In this document: in pieces, positions 26,560 through 41,250 of the stretch
Layout: every line of letters starts with the position of its first letter
Numbering within the stretch: the first letter of the stretch is position 1
Source: the human T2T-CHM13v2.0 reference genome, Homo sapiens
Length of the DNA: 64,000 nucleotides
Direction: 5' to 3' (one strand)
Assembly (NCBI RefSeq): GCF_009914755.1
Contig: NC_060929.1
The notes under the pieces: generated by a model
Told to the model about the DNA's origin: nothing
Seen by the model: the letters and a program-made list of their open reading frames with translations, nothing else
Database searches by the model: none
Program-made: the position numbers and the translations under genes

Positions 26560-27170
26560 TTGTCATAAGGCAAGTGACTTATCTGTGCTATATACTAGGA
26601 TTTATTTCTTTAAATTACTTCTGTATTGTTTCTTGTTTTGCTCCAAAAGTACCTTGCCTTATGCCTTTTGCTTGTATCTTTATGCTAAGTCTTGAAATCT
26701 AGTAATGTAAATTTCCCAGTGTTCTTTTTAAAGACTTCCTTTGTTTTTATGAGTTTTTTTTTTAATCCTTCTAGATAACTTTTACAATCATCTTGCCAAT
26801 TTTTCACATGCAAACAAACTTCTGGAATTTAATCTGTATTACATTTAATATAATAATCAATTTGGGAATAGAGTCATCTTAAAAATGAATTAACCTAAAC
26901 ATGAATATGAATATATCTTCTTTATTTAGGTAATCATAAAATTTTTAGTAATATTTTCAAATTTTTAGTGTAAAAATTTTACATGTTTTCTATATTTTTC
27001 TAGATATTTGAAGTTTTAATACCACTCAAAATGTGTTATAAATCTAATTTTATTGTACATTTTTATACTGTCTGGAAGTTTAAATGATTTGTTATATTGC
27101 CCTGGCATCCAGAGACACTGGTAAATTCACTTATTACTTTTAATAATATATTTATAGTTTAACTTCAATT
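26560..27170 (-). mobile_element. L1ME-type ORF2 fragment
   Basis: gtcttgaaatctagtaatgtaa; atataatcaatttgggaatagagtcatctt..catgaatatg. Confidence 0.6.
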
Positions 27171-28073
27171 TACTGCACAATGATGGCTTAAAACTAGGCT
27201 AAATTCCAATTTTTTAATCATGTTTAAAATATCAAAATATGAGATATAACTTTTCCTATGTAAATGTGATCAGTCTCTTAGTTGCCTTTCTTGCTGAAGT
27301 CTTACTCGAGAATCTGGTCTTTTGATGGCTTTAGAAACATTTTTTTTTAAAAACTAATTTTCTCCAGACCTCTGGAACTTAGTGTTTTTAGCTGCAGGGC
27401 AAATTTTCACCTTTAGTCTATAATTTTTATGGGAAATTATGTCTTAGTTTTCTCTTAAGAACTTGAAAAGTAAACTAAAATTTTTTCCATTGATTGGTGC
27501 TACACTTGTATAAGAGATGGGAATTATCTGGAATGTTATGAAGAGCACTTTGGATATCTGGGGGCATTCCTAAAACGTTGAAAACTAGAAAACTTGAAAT
27601 GGTGACTTTCAAAAATATTACCATTTTTTCTAAATATTTGTTTCAGAAGATAATTCTTTTAAAAATTTTGTTGGGTTTATTGATTGATGCTTTTAGAATA
27701 ATTTAGGCTCTCCAAATCTTAAGATGATTTATTTATAAAGTGATTCAGAAACCAGTAACAATCTTAAGATTACATGATATTCAAATCATTCCACAAGCTT
27801 CAATTTTCTAATAAGGCTTAGTTATAGGGAAAAGAAAGGTTTGTAATCATGAACTGAATATTTTTCTCATCACTGAGTTTGGGAAGAGAGTAGGAAATTT
27901 AGGCAGAGTCATCCATACATTCATTTCTCAATATTTGTAGCGTGATTTTAATATGCCAATTGCTATGCTAAGTCGTGCACAATGATGAAAAAGAGAATCT
28001 GAGCAAATGCAAAGACTAAAGCCCAAGCTGTACATAGGCTAATATGGAATTGCTTCTGAGTAACATAAGGTAT

Positions 28074-28847
28074 TGAGCACTAAGCTCCGATTTTTTTTAC
28101 CTTGCTGAAATTCCTATCTAAGGATAGACCCTTAGATCTAGGGAGTCATGCTCTACAAACCATAAGTTCTCATCAGTTGGGTTTTATTTGACCCTATATA
28201 TCGTGATTTACTTTCCAATCTCACTCTGGCATGACATTATAAGAAAAAAAATCAAAATATTTAACCCCAATATACATTTCCTTGCCATACCTTGAATTTG
28301 CCCTGCAAAATCTCTTGTGGGAAAAATCCACATTCTATAGAGAATGCCCTTTCACCTTTGTTTTCCTTCCTTCCTTTCCAGATCCAGAAGATAATCAACT
28401 AAGAGCCAGGCACCCTTTTAGGTCCAATAAGAAACATTTTACAACCTGCTTTCTCTCTGAAGTCTGCTATCTGAGAGCTTCCTCTGCACAATAAAATTTG
28501 GTCTCCACAAACCTTTATCCTAACCTAAACATTCCTTCCATTAATCCTGCATCTTCAGATAAGCTCAACCAATTGTCAACCAGAACATATTTAAATTTAC
28601 CTATAGCCTGGAAGCCCCCGACTTTGAGTTGTCCCACCTTTCTGAACCAAACCAATGTATCTCTTTAATGTATTTGATTTTTGCTTCATGCCTCCCTAAA
28701 ATATATAAAACCAAGCTGTATCCCCACCACCTTGGGCACATGTTCTCAGAACCTTCTGAGGGCTGTGTCACGGGCCATGGTCAGTCATATTTGGCTCAAA
28801 ATAAATCTCTTCAAATATTTTACAGAGTTTGACTCTTTTCGTCGACA
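28074..28847 (+). mobile_element. MER4D/MER4E-like (ERV1) solo LTR
   Basis: tgagcactaagctccgatt ... tattttacagagtttgactcttttcgtcgaca; 4-bp TSD gtat at 28070-28073 and 28848-28851. Confidence 0.9.
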
Positions 28848-29966
28848 GTATAGAATGGTAGGCATGAGTGAAATGTTGGGAAGCAGGACTGGAGTCCAGG
28901 CTTCCACAGGTCATGCTGTGAGCATATGGATGGGTTTTTCCTAAAAGGCCACTTCTTCTAAAGAGAAATATGATATTTTCCCTGAATGGTGAATTCAGGG
29001 TAGAGGATCATATATTTCTGTTGATAGCAGAAAAAAAGAAAGCCTCTTATTACCCACTAGTTTTGAAATCATTGCAAAAGCTTTAAGATTTGGAAGTATA
29101 ATGGTTGGTGTAACATTGAAAGAAAACCTGGCCCTGCATAATGGTGCTACGTTTCTCCCCCAACCCCTGTTCACATGAGCATCCTCTTTTCAAGATGCTG
29201 TTGGGGGAAGAGAATGCCACAAATTGCCATTCCCAGACGAAGTTACAGAAGGAGTAATCTTCCAAGATCTGGAAAAACATAATCAGTTTTCTCAAGGAAC
29301 TTTGGAGAATACACTGCATTGAAAAATGATGGTATAATGCACAATATATTTTAAATATTCAGTGGAGGGTATCACTGATAATAACCTTCAAGTTTTTATC
29401 ATTAATTTTAAATTGTCTATTAGAAAAGAAATGCATCCTCAGCATATGAAGGACTTTGCTGTTTTATTTACATATATTTCAAGGTAATTTGAAAAAGTCC
29501 ACTCTTGCTCTCTTGCTCTCTTTGTGTCCAGTTAAGAGAAATGGCATGGTGGATAGAATTGTACGGAGAGAGAATACAAATTAAAAGTGATGAAATATCC
29601 TATACTAATCACAACAAGAATTCCTATTAATTTTTCATGTTAACTATCAGAAATTGTAAACCAGTCTTGGAATAGAGGTTAAGATAAAGCTTTCGGAGAC
29701 CTTTCTATTTAGAAAGCTTAGTAAAGGTAACTTAATTCCAGTAAGTTTTAAGCTAACCTACACAGCATTAAAGAGGTCTTAATAATGGAGCAGTAAGATT
29801 ATTTCTTTTTTTGACATGATACAGTTTTTTTAATTTGCAAATAAGAGTAAAATTGATAAATATAGAAATTGGTTTAGTAGGAGAGGTTTCTAAACTTGAT
29901 TTTTTTCCTTTAAGATAATGTTTTTAGAGTGCATCTATGTTTATGCCTTTAGTTTAGCTTTAGTTT

Positions 29967-30216
29967 AGGGGTTGGCAAACTAAAGCCCACACATCAAATC
30001 TGACCTTCACAAGTTTTTATATAGCCTGATTTTCACACTTTTAAATGGATGAAAAAATTTTTAAAAAAAGAATGATGTCTTATGACACATGAAAATTATA
30101 ATAATTTCAAATGTCAATGTCCATAATTAAGTTTTATTGAAACCAGCCAGGCTCACTTATTTATGTATTGTATGTGGCTACTTTCATGCTATAATGGCAG
30201 AGTTGAATAGTTGTAG
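29967..30216 (+). mobile_element. MER58B-like hAT MITE (3' end truncated)
   Basis: ggggttggcaaacta..; aagttttattgaaaccagcca; atggcagagttgaatagttg. Confidence 0.8.
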
Positions 30217-30629
30217 TAGTAGAGGACGGGGCATATTTTCATGTGCCTTAAACCCAGCCTCTTAATATAGATGTTTTAATTCTTTACTAGACTCTCCTTA
30301 TTACACACCTACTAACTCCAAATATTCTAGAATGAAAATTCCCTGGGAAATGGAGTCCTCCTTGAAGCTGCTCTCTGTTTTCTTCTCTTTGCTTTGTCTC
30401 ATCTCCCAAAGAGTCATCTCTGCTTCAGGATTCTACTGGCCATATCTCTGTTGGCTGCCCTCTTGCTTCCTCCCCACTCCAGCCCAGCGGTTTTACAGAA
30501 TTGCATATAATTATTATTATTAGTCCATTTTGAATTGTGTTAATAAAAATTGTAGAACTTTGTTCTATCTGTTTTAAATAAGGACCTGTATAACATACTT
30601 GATTTTGCCGCTTGGATCGCAAAACATAA

Positions 30630-31090
<461 letters not shown>

Positions 31091-31412
31091 TGATGGGCAG
31101 TTTTTATTTTCCAAATGTTTTGCTTTTTAAAATAAGACAGTAACAAATACTGTTATTAGGTTTCTTTGCACACAGACACATACCATTTACGTTTTACATG
31201 TGAACTAAAAATAAAAAGTGTTATGGAAGACATTAGAGTAGGAGCACTCAACAATTTTTTTTTTTGCCAGATGATGTCTAAATTATTTTTTCCATCGTAT
31301 ATGATATCTTTCCTGAAAAAGTAAGTCACATCTTAAATTCTATTAGGTCCACGGTGCTTCTTTCACCTTTGGCATGCTTTTCCTGACTTGCACAAGTCTT
31401 TAAATTTAAAAA

Positions 31413-31540
31413 TGTGTGTGTGTGTACATATATGGAAAAGATATATATACACTTATATATGTAGAATATATATACTTTTATGTACATTATATGTAGAGAG
31501 AAAATATATATATACATATATTTAGTTTGTATATATTTAT
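31413..31540. repeat. (TG)n/(TA)n low-complexity tract
   Basis: Directly visible. Confidence 0.8.
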
Positions 31541-32041
31541 TAAAAACCCATTCTTTAACTTTTTCTAGTAGTCTCATTATTATTCAGAAAATGTACAATT
31601 TTAATGTGATTTTACTACTTAATTCTACTTACAAAATGTATCAAAAAACAATTTTCAAAATATTTTGTTTTCTTGTTTGCCTTTGAAATGTGTACAGTAG
31701 ATAAATTGAAATGTATATAGTTGTTAACTATATGTATGCAGTTATTAAAATTAAACTTTGGAAGAAAAGCATATTAAATATTATAAATTATTATATTTAA
31801 AACACAGCATTTGTCATTTATATGTCTAAATATAGTATTGATGTAAGAAACTTTATTTTTTACATATCTTGATTTTTACTTGAGCTTAAGAAAAAATATG
31901 TAAGTATATAGGCTCAGGCCACTTAAAAAATGATAGGCATAAATTACTTTGGAAATGGGAAAGTATAGTCAGAAAACCACTCCCCACAAAAAGAAAGAAA
32001 CCAAAAAATGTTCAGAAGGAAATTGAGGCTCAAAGAAACTG

Positions 32042-32043
<2 letters not shown>

Positions 32044-32077
<34 letters not shown>
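32044..32077. repeat. (CA)n microsatellite, about 16-17 units
   Basis: Directly visible. Confidence 0.97.
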
Positions 32078-32079
<2 letters not shown>

Positions 32080-32464
32080 ATAATCTTTATTGAAGTAATT
32101 TTGAATTCCTGAGATTAATATCCCTAGTCATTGGCATTCCAATGTAGAAATGAATGCCTGGCATAAATGTTGAAATAAAATGTTGTGATTTGTTTTTAAA
32201 TTCTGAATGGTAGGTGTGACAGCAATTTTAAAAACTGACGCAAGATAGCCAGATTTTTTCCAAAGAAAGCATCAGAACTTTTCTATTAAGTCAAAAGTTG
32301 TAACCTCACTATCTATAATATCTTGATATTTTAAATAAGATGATTCTATTTTATTAATTATAATGAAATGCAAATGAATGAATTAAAACTAATTTTAAAA
32401 TTTTACATTCTTCCATAGAACAATGTTAATAATTCAGTATCTAGGACATAAATCAGCCAATGAT

Positions 32465-32935
32465 TTTAGCAAACAAAGGGCCAGATACTAAATGTTTTAG
32501 GCTTTGCAGCCTAAGTGGCAAAGCTGAAGATGTACAGATCTCCGAGCTGAGCGTGGTGGAACATGCCTGTAGTCCCAGTTACTCAGGAAGCCCAGGTAGG
32601 AGGACTGCTTGAGCCCAGGAGTTTGAAAGCCTGGGCAACATAGCAAAACCCTGTCTATACTGAAATATAGTATAAATTTTTAGAAAAGATCCCATTGCCA
32701 CTATTTAGCTCTTCCATTAACACTTGAAAGTAGCCACATAGAAAATACAAGAAAGAATATTTGGCAGTATTTGAATAAAACTTTCTTTATGGCTATGATA
32801 TTTGGATTGTTTTCCTCTTTTGATTACTTTTAACAGTTTAAAAATGTGAAAATATCCTTTGTTCATGTGTTGTATATACAAAAAACAGGTAGCAGGTTGG
32901 ATTTGGGCTGTAAGTTGTGTTTTGCTAACCTGTGA
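32465..32935. mobile_element. MER58-family MITE interrupted by a FLAM
   Basis: aaagggccagatactaaatgttttaggctttgcagcc; aaaaacaggtagcaggttggatttgg..tttgctaacc. Confidence 0.7.
32545..32665 (+). mobile_element. FLAM (free Alu monomer)
   Basis: A single monomer of about 120 bp: gctgagcgtggtgg..cctgtagtcccag...gagcccaggagttt..gcctgggcaacatagc. Confidence 0.85.
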
Positions 32936-33323
32936 TTGGCGACTCTAACCAGTGAATAATCTTAAAATGGGGATAAAATTTAGAGCTATAAGGCCAAATA
33001 TTGATTATTTCAAAATCTGTTGATGATCCAGCTGAGGCTATTGCTTTCTTCCATGTGCACTCAAGGCACTTGGCTCTTTCTGAAAGTTTCCTAAATAGGG
33101 GCACTGAGTACTGAGTTTCTGACAACTATTTGGAAATGGTCTTGGTCTCATCACCATAAGGGAAGAGAATGCACAGCAATCTCCATCAAATTTCTACCCT
33201 AAAGAAACAAGCTGTTAGGATTTTCAGAAAGAGCAGTCATGTTTCAAAAGTTATTCAATCTGAAATGTCTAGCTTCCTGTAGGAAACTATAACTGAACAA
33301 GATTATCCTCTTCTTCTTTACCT

Positions 33324-33640
33324 TGTTGATGGGTTGAACAGTGTCCCCAAAAAAGATATGTTAGTCTAATTCTTGGAACCTGTGAATGTTAAATTATTTG
33401 GAAAAAGGGTCTTTGCAGACGAATTAAGTTAAAGATCTTCAGATGGAGGGCTCATCCTGGATTATACATTGAGCCCTAAATTCAATGACAAGTGTTCTTA
33501 CAAGAGAATACACAGTTTCTGACAGACAAAAGAGGAGAAGAATGTGGGAAGATAGTGTCAGAGATTGGAGACAGGCAGCCACAAGCCAAAGAATGCTAGC
33601 AGTCACCAGAGGCTTGAAACAGGAAGGAACAAATCTTTCT
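33324..33640 (+). mobile_element. MLT1C/D LTR, 3'-truncated
   Basis: gggttgaacagtgtcccc; gaacctgtgaatg..atttggaaaaagggtctttgcaga; gccacaagccaaagaatgc. Confidence 0.8.
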
Positions 33641-33719
33641 TGAATTTGTTGAGAAGATCATCTATTTCCCCTTTATGTTATTAATATGTTGAATTGCATT
33701 GATTGACATTTAAAATTGA

Positions 33720-33985
33720 AAAATCTCCTAAAAATTATTATAAGTGAAATAAACCAGGCTCAGTAGACTATAAAATGTATCATTACATTTATATATATTT
33801 CAAAAACAGGCAAAACTAATGTAAGCTATTAAAAGTTCAAGTGTGACAACTAGCTTTGGAGAGAAAGAGATAGGTAGTGATTTAGATTTACAGAATTAAG
33901 AAGAGGCTTTTAATTCTCAGTCATAATTTGTATTCTCATGATCTGTGTTTCTTCCTGTATGCTATACTTCCAAAAAAGAAAAATA
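33720..33985 (+). mobile_element. L1ME 3'-end fragment
   Basis: taagtgaaataaaccag...tttcaaaaacaggcaaaactaat. Confidence 0.6.
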
Positions 33986-34394
33986 ATTAACATATTTCAG
34001 TAAATATGGATTAATCAGTATCATTTGGAGAAGAGTCAATTCTCACAGAAAATCCATATGTGTTACATTTTATGATAATTCACATATGCTATTATTTCCC
34101 TTATTCATTCTCAAACTGAACATTAATGATAGAGAATAAATGATCTAAAATTATTTAACTTTGGGTGTTTAGAACTTGTTCAATATTAATAAAATTATTT
34201 CCAACAATGAAAATGGATGATTTTCAAAGATTTCTCTAGTTCTACTTTTAAAGATATGTGGAGAATTTTGAATAAACTAATCAAATTAATCAGTAAAATG
34301 TTTATCCGTTCAATTAGTAAAGGCTATTAAACATTTAAAAAGTGATAAAATTAATTAGAGTTGTTAAACTAATAAGTTGTTATGTAAAGTTTAT

Positions 34395-34620
34395 CACGGC
34401 TTCTTCACTTTCTAGCTGTGTGACTTTCAGGATATCGTATAATCTATCTGAACCTGTTTCTTCATTTTTAAAACTAGCAAAAACTGTAATAAATATCTCA
34501 TTCTGTCATTGTGTCAACTCAATAAAATAATCCATTAAAAAACAAAAACAAAGCACAGCAGACGGCCAGCATCACTGTGTGTGTCAAATAGATGAGAAAT
34601 AAATGGAGCATTTATTTTTA
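34395..34620 (+). mobile_element. MIR
   Basis: ctagctgtgtgactttcagg...tctgaacctgtttcttcattttta. Confidence 0.65.
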
Positions 34621-35634
34621 GTTGTGCATTCTCCATCCAGATGTCAGTATTATGAATATAACTATGTTAATTTTATAAGGAACAATCTATAAACAGGTAT
34701 CTCAAATCAAAATTTCTCTCAAACAGTAGCTTGATTGGCTTCATCTCACAGAATTTGAGGACATGAGGACAATGTGGATGCAGAAAAACCAAAATAATTA
34801 TCACTGATTTTTGGTCTTATTTTTATACAATTCTAATTCTTTTTAATTTCTGAAAGTCTTTTCTGTTAATAAAATAACATCATCAACAAATATATAAGAT
34901 GCAATTTTAATAATCATGACTTTTCTTTTATAAATAGGCATTAACCTAATTTTTTACAGTACCAGACTGGCTTAAAATCTTGATTTGAACATTAGGTGAA
35001 ATTTATATTTCTCATTGTAAAGTGTTAAAGCCTATCCTTCTGAACGCACACAAGGAAAATAAAACACTAGGGCTTTGCAGTACTGGTCAATATAATAATC
35101 AAACTACAAAGAAATTTCTCCCAAAGAACTAGAATCCTCCATTTAATATTTTTAAGTGTTTCATAAGCAAGGTGTCCAAAATATTTGTCTTAATTTGTCA
35201 AAGTAAACCCTTGGTAGATGTGAATTAATTAGATGCATACAGCATAATTAGTTCAGTAGCTGGAACTAAACAACTCTTGTCAATTTCCAAGAATGGACAT
35301 GATCCCATTATAACCACAATCAGGATTTCTGGTACTTTTTCTAATAAATTTGTTTCACTTATTTAAAATTATGATTTTTTTTACTTCATTTCTAAGCCAA
35401 GCTCTATAAACAATAATTTATCAGTTTGGGAGATTATATAATTATTATCACATTTTAATTAATAATTTATAAAATATTTTTAACTTTGTTGGTACAATTA
35501 GTCTAACTAAGAGTAGCTGGACATAATTTTGAAGTTACTGAATTGCCCTAATTAATCTAAGAAAAATATATTAAAACAAATTTTCCTCTGATTAATTGCG
35601 GTAATGAAGGCAGTAAGAAAAGAACACAGATCAG

Positions 35635-37330
35635 AAGTTTTATTTTTAAAGCTGTAAAAAATATACAATCCAGTTGCAACTGAAATACAGAGATTTTCCC
35701 TGTGAATTTCTTATTGACTGATATTCCCCAACTTTTAACATTTCATGACATTTCACATATACACACATACACATGCATGCACACCCACTATATCATAGAT
35801 TGGCCTTTTTGGAAATATTTGAGAGCAAGTTGTTAATACTTCTCTGTTTTTCCTCAAAAGACATTCTCCTGTATAACCTCCATATAACCTTCCAACTGAG
35901 GAAATAAATAATGATATATACTACCAGCCAATCCTCAGACCCCCTCATTGGTTACTTTTCACTGCTCCCAACAAGGCACTTTTTCTTCTGATTCAAGATT
36001 TCATCCACAAGCACAGCTCACATTATTTGTTTTATTTTATCCTCCTCAGTTTCCCCCCATTTTCCTGTTTTTCATTATTTTACAGTTTTACATTACGTAT
36101 TAACTCTATCAGCCTGACTCTATTCAATGTCTCCTCATGACCAGAGTCCTGGCCAGGCCATGCTTTCTGTGCAATATACCACCAAAGCGATGCTATGTTC
36201 TTCTCAGTCTATCTCATCTGTGGGCATTGTTGACCTGTTACATCAGAGGTGTTATTAAACTTGGACACCTGGACATGTTGGTGTCCTACAGGTTTTTTCA
36301 CAAAAAGATCACCGTTTCTCCTTTTGAAATTGAATATAATTATTTTGGAGCTATTTTACAATTAAACCAATATTCTGCTCCTCCCTTTCTCATCAAACCT
36401 CTACCCATTGATATCAGCCAGCAGCCTCCACTGATGACTGCCATCTAAATCAATTACTGTGATAGTTGACAAACAGAGGCATTCTATTTCTATCATTGTT
36501 TCTACATTATAAATTGGCACCCTGTGATATTAAAGGACCTCTCTTCTGATTTGTTACAGGCCAAATTGTGTTTTTCAAAAGTGCATATGTTGAAGTCTAA
36601 ACCCTTAGTACCTCTGAAGGTGACTATATTTGAAAATAAGATTTTTAAAGAGGTAATTAATTTAACATGAAGTCATTATGGTAAGCCCTTATCCAGTATG
36701 ATTTATGGTTTTATTAGAAGAGGAAATTAGTGCACAATTATTACACAGAGAAAAGACAATGTGAAGACAGGAGAAAGACTTCCATCTGGAAGCCAAGATG
36801 AGAGGCCTCAGAAGGAACCAAGTGGCTAACACCTTGATTTGAAATTCTAAGCTCCAGAGTGCTCAGAAAATAAATTTCTGCTGTTTAAGCCATACAGTTT
36901 GTGGTACTTCATTATAGCAGCCCTAGCTAGGGCTATTTATTTCAGTCTGGAATCATAGATTCTTATTTTATTCATGGAACTTTACCCATTACTATAATTA
37001 TTTACAGTGATGCTTAAATCATATCAGATTTAGCCACGGAGACACCCTTTAAAGAGGCTTCACTGTACTTTCACAAGTCTTGATTGTTCGTTGAACACTT
37101 CCTTATTTTCTGGCATAATAAGATGTTCCCGATTCATCCCTATTCCAGTCCTGGAATTAGACGTTTCTGCAATAATTCATTGTTGATTTTAATGAAGGAT
37201 GGTGAGTAGAAATTAAGATTTGGATATTCAGTATGCTCTTTGTATCTAGGCCTTCTTAGCTGACATAGCCATGAAATATATGTATGTTACACATTTTCAC
37301 ACGTGCAATCATAATTATTTCTAAATCTAT
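35635..37330 (-). mobile_element. L1MC4/5-like 3' region interrupted by MLT1B
   Basis: aagacattctcctgtataacc; cttaaatcatatcagatttagcca; cacttccttattttctggcataataagatgttcc. Confidence 0.6.
36552..36928 (+). mobile_element. MLT1B LTR
   Basis: catatgttgaagtctaaaccc..agtacctc; gagaggcctcagaaggaacc; aataaatttctgctgtttaagcc..gcagccctagc. Confidence 0.85.
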
Positions 37331-39628
37331 GAATGTATGCTATAAAAAGTGAGTTTGTATCAATAACCCTATTCCTCCAAAATATTTACTTATTTGCTCA
37401 ATGTTCTTATTTGTTGCATATAACCAATCTCCCAACATCTTTGTTTCCTTTATCCTATACTTCCATTTTGCTTCTTCAATCCCCAAGCTTCTTGCAACTT
37501 TGAGTGTAAACAGGCTGCCTCCATCTTCTTGACTATAATGAGAGCAAAAAGTAGGACATATAAAAGGAAGGATAGGAAAGAAAGAGAGAGAAAGAAGAGA
37601 AGAAATAGAGGGAACAATTGCTTGAATGTTTATATTTTTTAAAAGAAATGAGAACTTCATTGAGATGACAGCAACATGTATAAGTAGAATATTTACTATT
37701 CTTGCTGTAGAAAATAGAAAAAGTGGCCTGGCTAATGCTAGGTTGAAATCCCTCCATGACCATGCAAGTGAAGTGCTGGATTCCTCCTGCTACCACCACC
37801 AGCAGCAGTACCCTGACCTCACCCAATTATTACCACTTTGTACATTTTATTGAGGAATAATTAAAGGACAATAAACTGCACTCATTTAAATTGTTCAACT
37901 CATTGGGTTTGACAGATATATTCATCCTTGAAATCACTGCCACAATTATTGGAAATCCTATTCAGCAGTGAATCAACTCTACTCTCTGTAGGTCACATCT
38001 CATTTAACATTTTCTATGGTTATTCTCCAAAGACCAATAAACATGACAAACTCAGAATCCTCACTGCAAACTCTATGCCTTTCCTTTTCCTTCCATGTCC
38101 TGTATGCAATAACTACCTCAAATTTCTATTATTACAACTTTGCCTAGATCCCACTGTCTTTTGTACTTTCAGGGTTTCTATCTGCCCCTGATAATAAAAG
38201 GTTTCTTTGAAACCCTTCCTCAGTATATTTCCTAATTGGAACCAGCAGTTGGGGTGCCTTCAACGATCTTGCTGAAGAACATAGTATATGTTTATTATAA
38301 CTATTTTATTTCTAACCTTCAGAAATTAGAATAGATAAGCCTTCACAGAATTCTGGGATATATTATTTCTCTGGAGAAGAGATTATATGTGTGTGGGAAT
38401 GTGCACACTAACACACACACACAGATGTATATTATTAGGATATACTGTAAAAATATATGAAGCCATTTCATCAGTCATTATTTTTATTTCATCCACTAGA
38501 AATTACATTTTTTTTAAAAAAAATCATACTTCATTTTCTTTGTAAAAAATTTTACTCCCCTCCAAGAACGATTAAATCTTATCTGCAATACCTAATGAGG
38601 GAAGTTGCCCTCAGGATTTGGGTATATTGGAAAAAAATAAATGACGTATCTATATTCCTGAAAACAAAAATACAACAAACTTTCTTTTTATCTGCTACCC
38701 AGAACCTACTTTAAAACCTAAATCAAACAATCTGTTTAGCCACAAGGCTACAAAATCATTTTAATTCATTCTTTGAAGAATGAGCAGTATTGATGCTAAA
38801 GAGGCTTGAATGGAATGATTTTGTCTCTGCTGATTTCTACATAATCAGCAAGAGCTGTCCTTCTTAAGCCCAATGTCTTGGACACTTACCTACTCTAACA
38901 GTTATTAAACAAATATTTATTCAGTGCATTCTATGTTAATGATAAGACAAGAATAAAATTGTAATGTTGATCTCAAGCCGATTATAGTTTAATGGGTGAA
39001 TTTAAAATATAGTCCCCGTATTCATGGGAAATAAACAATGGAAAATAAGCAATGCTAAATGCTGCAGGAGAAACAACTAATATTAAAGCGTTAGTCATGT
39101 TCTTACAGGCAATTTGCATTGTCCTTCTTTGTTTTTTACTTACCATGCTTTCTCTTTTTCCCCATCCCTGGCTTCCAGTCTCCCACTGGATTAAATATTT
39201 TCTCTATTCTATTGATTCCTTATCTTCTTTGGCATTTACATTGTGGTGGGGAGAGCAGTTAGTTCTCCAATAACCATTCTTTTTCTCTTAGAGGGTATAG
39301 TGATAAACCCTCTAATTTTTAGAATGATAAATAGTCACCTATACCACAGTGTAAGTCAATGTCACTGAGCCAGGTGACTAAAATCTTGAGAGATAGATTT
39401 AAGCCAAAGTATCCTGTGTCCAATTTATTATAAGACAAATGGCTAGTGGCCTATGCTCCTCAACTCCATTTTTTTTTCTTTCCTAATTCTAATGGATGCG
39501 CTATAGGTAGATATTTGGATCTGGAGTCAATGCTTTAAATCATGAGAGGAATTTGGAATGCTACACATGGGGTAGGACAAAAGAGAGGAAGGTTAGATCC
39601 CTAGGGAAGTAAGAGAGAAGAATCATTA

Positions 39629-40148
39629 TGTGATGGTTAATCTTAGGTGTCAACTTGACTGGACTAAGGGATGCCCAGGTAGCTGCCAAACTTTTCTTCC
39701 TGAGTGTGGCTGTGAGGATGCTTTGGAAAGATTAGTATTTGAAGTGATAGACTGAGTAATGATATTAATAATTACCCTCACCAAAGCCAGTGGGCATCAT
39801 CCAATCCATTGTGGGCCTAAATGGAACCAAAGTTCAGAGAAAGAGATTTTTCTTTCTTTGCTGTTGATGAGATATTTATCTTCTCCTACTCTCAAACATT
39901 CATGCCCCTGCTTCTCAGGGCTCAGACTTGGACTGGGATTTACATCATTGGAACTCCTGGTGCTTAGGCTTATAGCTTTGGACTGGAGCTCCACCCTCAG
40001 CATCCAGCTTGCAGATGGTAGCTCATGGGACTTCTCAGTTTCCATAATTAAGTGGGCCATTTTCTTTTAATTCATCTTTTTACATATCTATTTATGTATC
40101 CTATTTCTCTGTTTAGGTTCTGTTTCTTGGAGAACCCTGACTAAGACA
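39629..40148 (+). mobile_element. MLT2B/D-like (ERVL) solo LTR
   Basis: tgtgatggttaatcttaggtgtcaacttgactgg ... ggagaaccctgactaagaca; 5-bp TSD catta/catca. Confidence 0.88.
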
Positions 40149-40499
40149 CATCACAGTAGTTCTGTGGACTTTCATGCGAGATAAATATCTTCCCTATTTA
40201 AACCATTGACACTTTTATTTGATCATCCCCAGTCAAATTTAATCATTGTGACACACTTCTGAGAACATGCAAACCTTAACCTCACAAGATAGGAATCTCA
40301 TCACAAATTTACTTCTTTCTACATGTTCTATTTTTTTTTAATTTTGGTTTTAGATGAGTACAAAAATATGTATTATTTTACATTCTTATCTGTACAGAAA
40401 GAAGTTCATTATTCTATTTGCTTACCATTGTTTTTGGTATCTATTTTCTTTCTTCTGAATTCATCCATCCATCCTCCATCGGGAACATTATCCAGAGTC

Positions 40500-41250
40500 C
40501 TTCAGGGATAGTCTGCTAAAGATAAATTTACTAAATACCTTTTGACCATTTTATTCATTATTCAAATTGTGGGATGCAAAGCAATTTGTCTGAAGACAAA
40601 TTTATTAAATCAAAGTTTATTTTTATTTATTTCTTTGTAGAAGATGCTCATTGTTTTCTTGATCCAAGTACTGATGACAGTAATTCTGAAGTCAGTATGA
40701 ATTTTATTGCTGTGTAGGTATTTTATGTCTTGACTCTGCCAGCTTTGGGGATTTTCCTTCTCTCTTGAAAAACAATCGTAATATTTTATAATTCGTAGGG
40801 TTTTTTTCAGCTTGGCTGGTGCTTATTGAAGTCTTTCAATCTGAGGATTGTGTCTTCCTTTCATTATGGAAAATTCTTAGCTTTCATGTCTTCAGTAATT
40901 GTATCACTATCTTATTCTTTATTCTCTACTGCTGAAACACTGCCAGAGAAAGGTTAGTGCCTCTCTATTCTTCCTCTCTTTTTTTTTTTCTATTTACTTT
41001 CAATTTTATTCTGATGTCTTGTGTGTTGGGAAAATTTCTGTCTCTAATTTTTCACATAATTAATATTTCTTTAGTTATATGCATTCTACTACCCAATCCA
41101 CATATTATTTTTTAGTTTAGTAATTATATATTTTGTTTCCGAACCCTCCAATAAAGTCTTCTTTTAATTGCCAATTATTTTCTTTGTAAATGTAACACCC
41201 TATTTTAATCTCTGAACAAATTCATTGAATTTATTTTAAATATCCCTTTT
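40500..41250 (-). mobile_element. Ancient L1ME/HAL1 ORF1-region remnant
   Basis: tctttcaatctgaggattgtgtcttcc..ggaaaattcttagc; T-rich plus strand. Confidence 0.45.
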
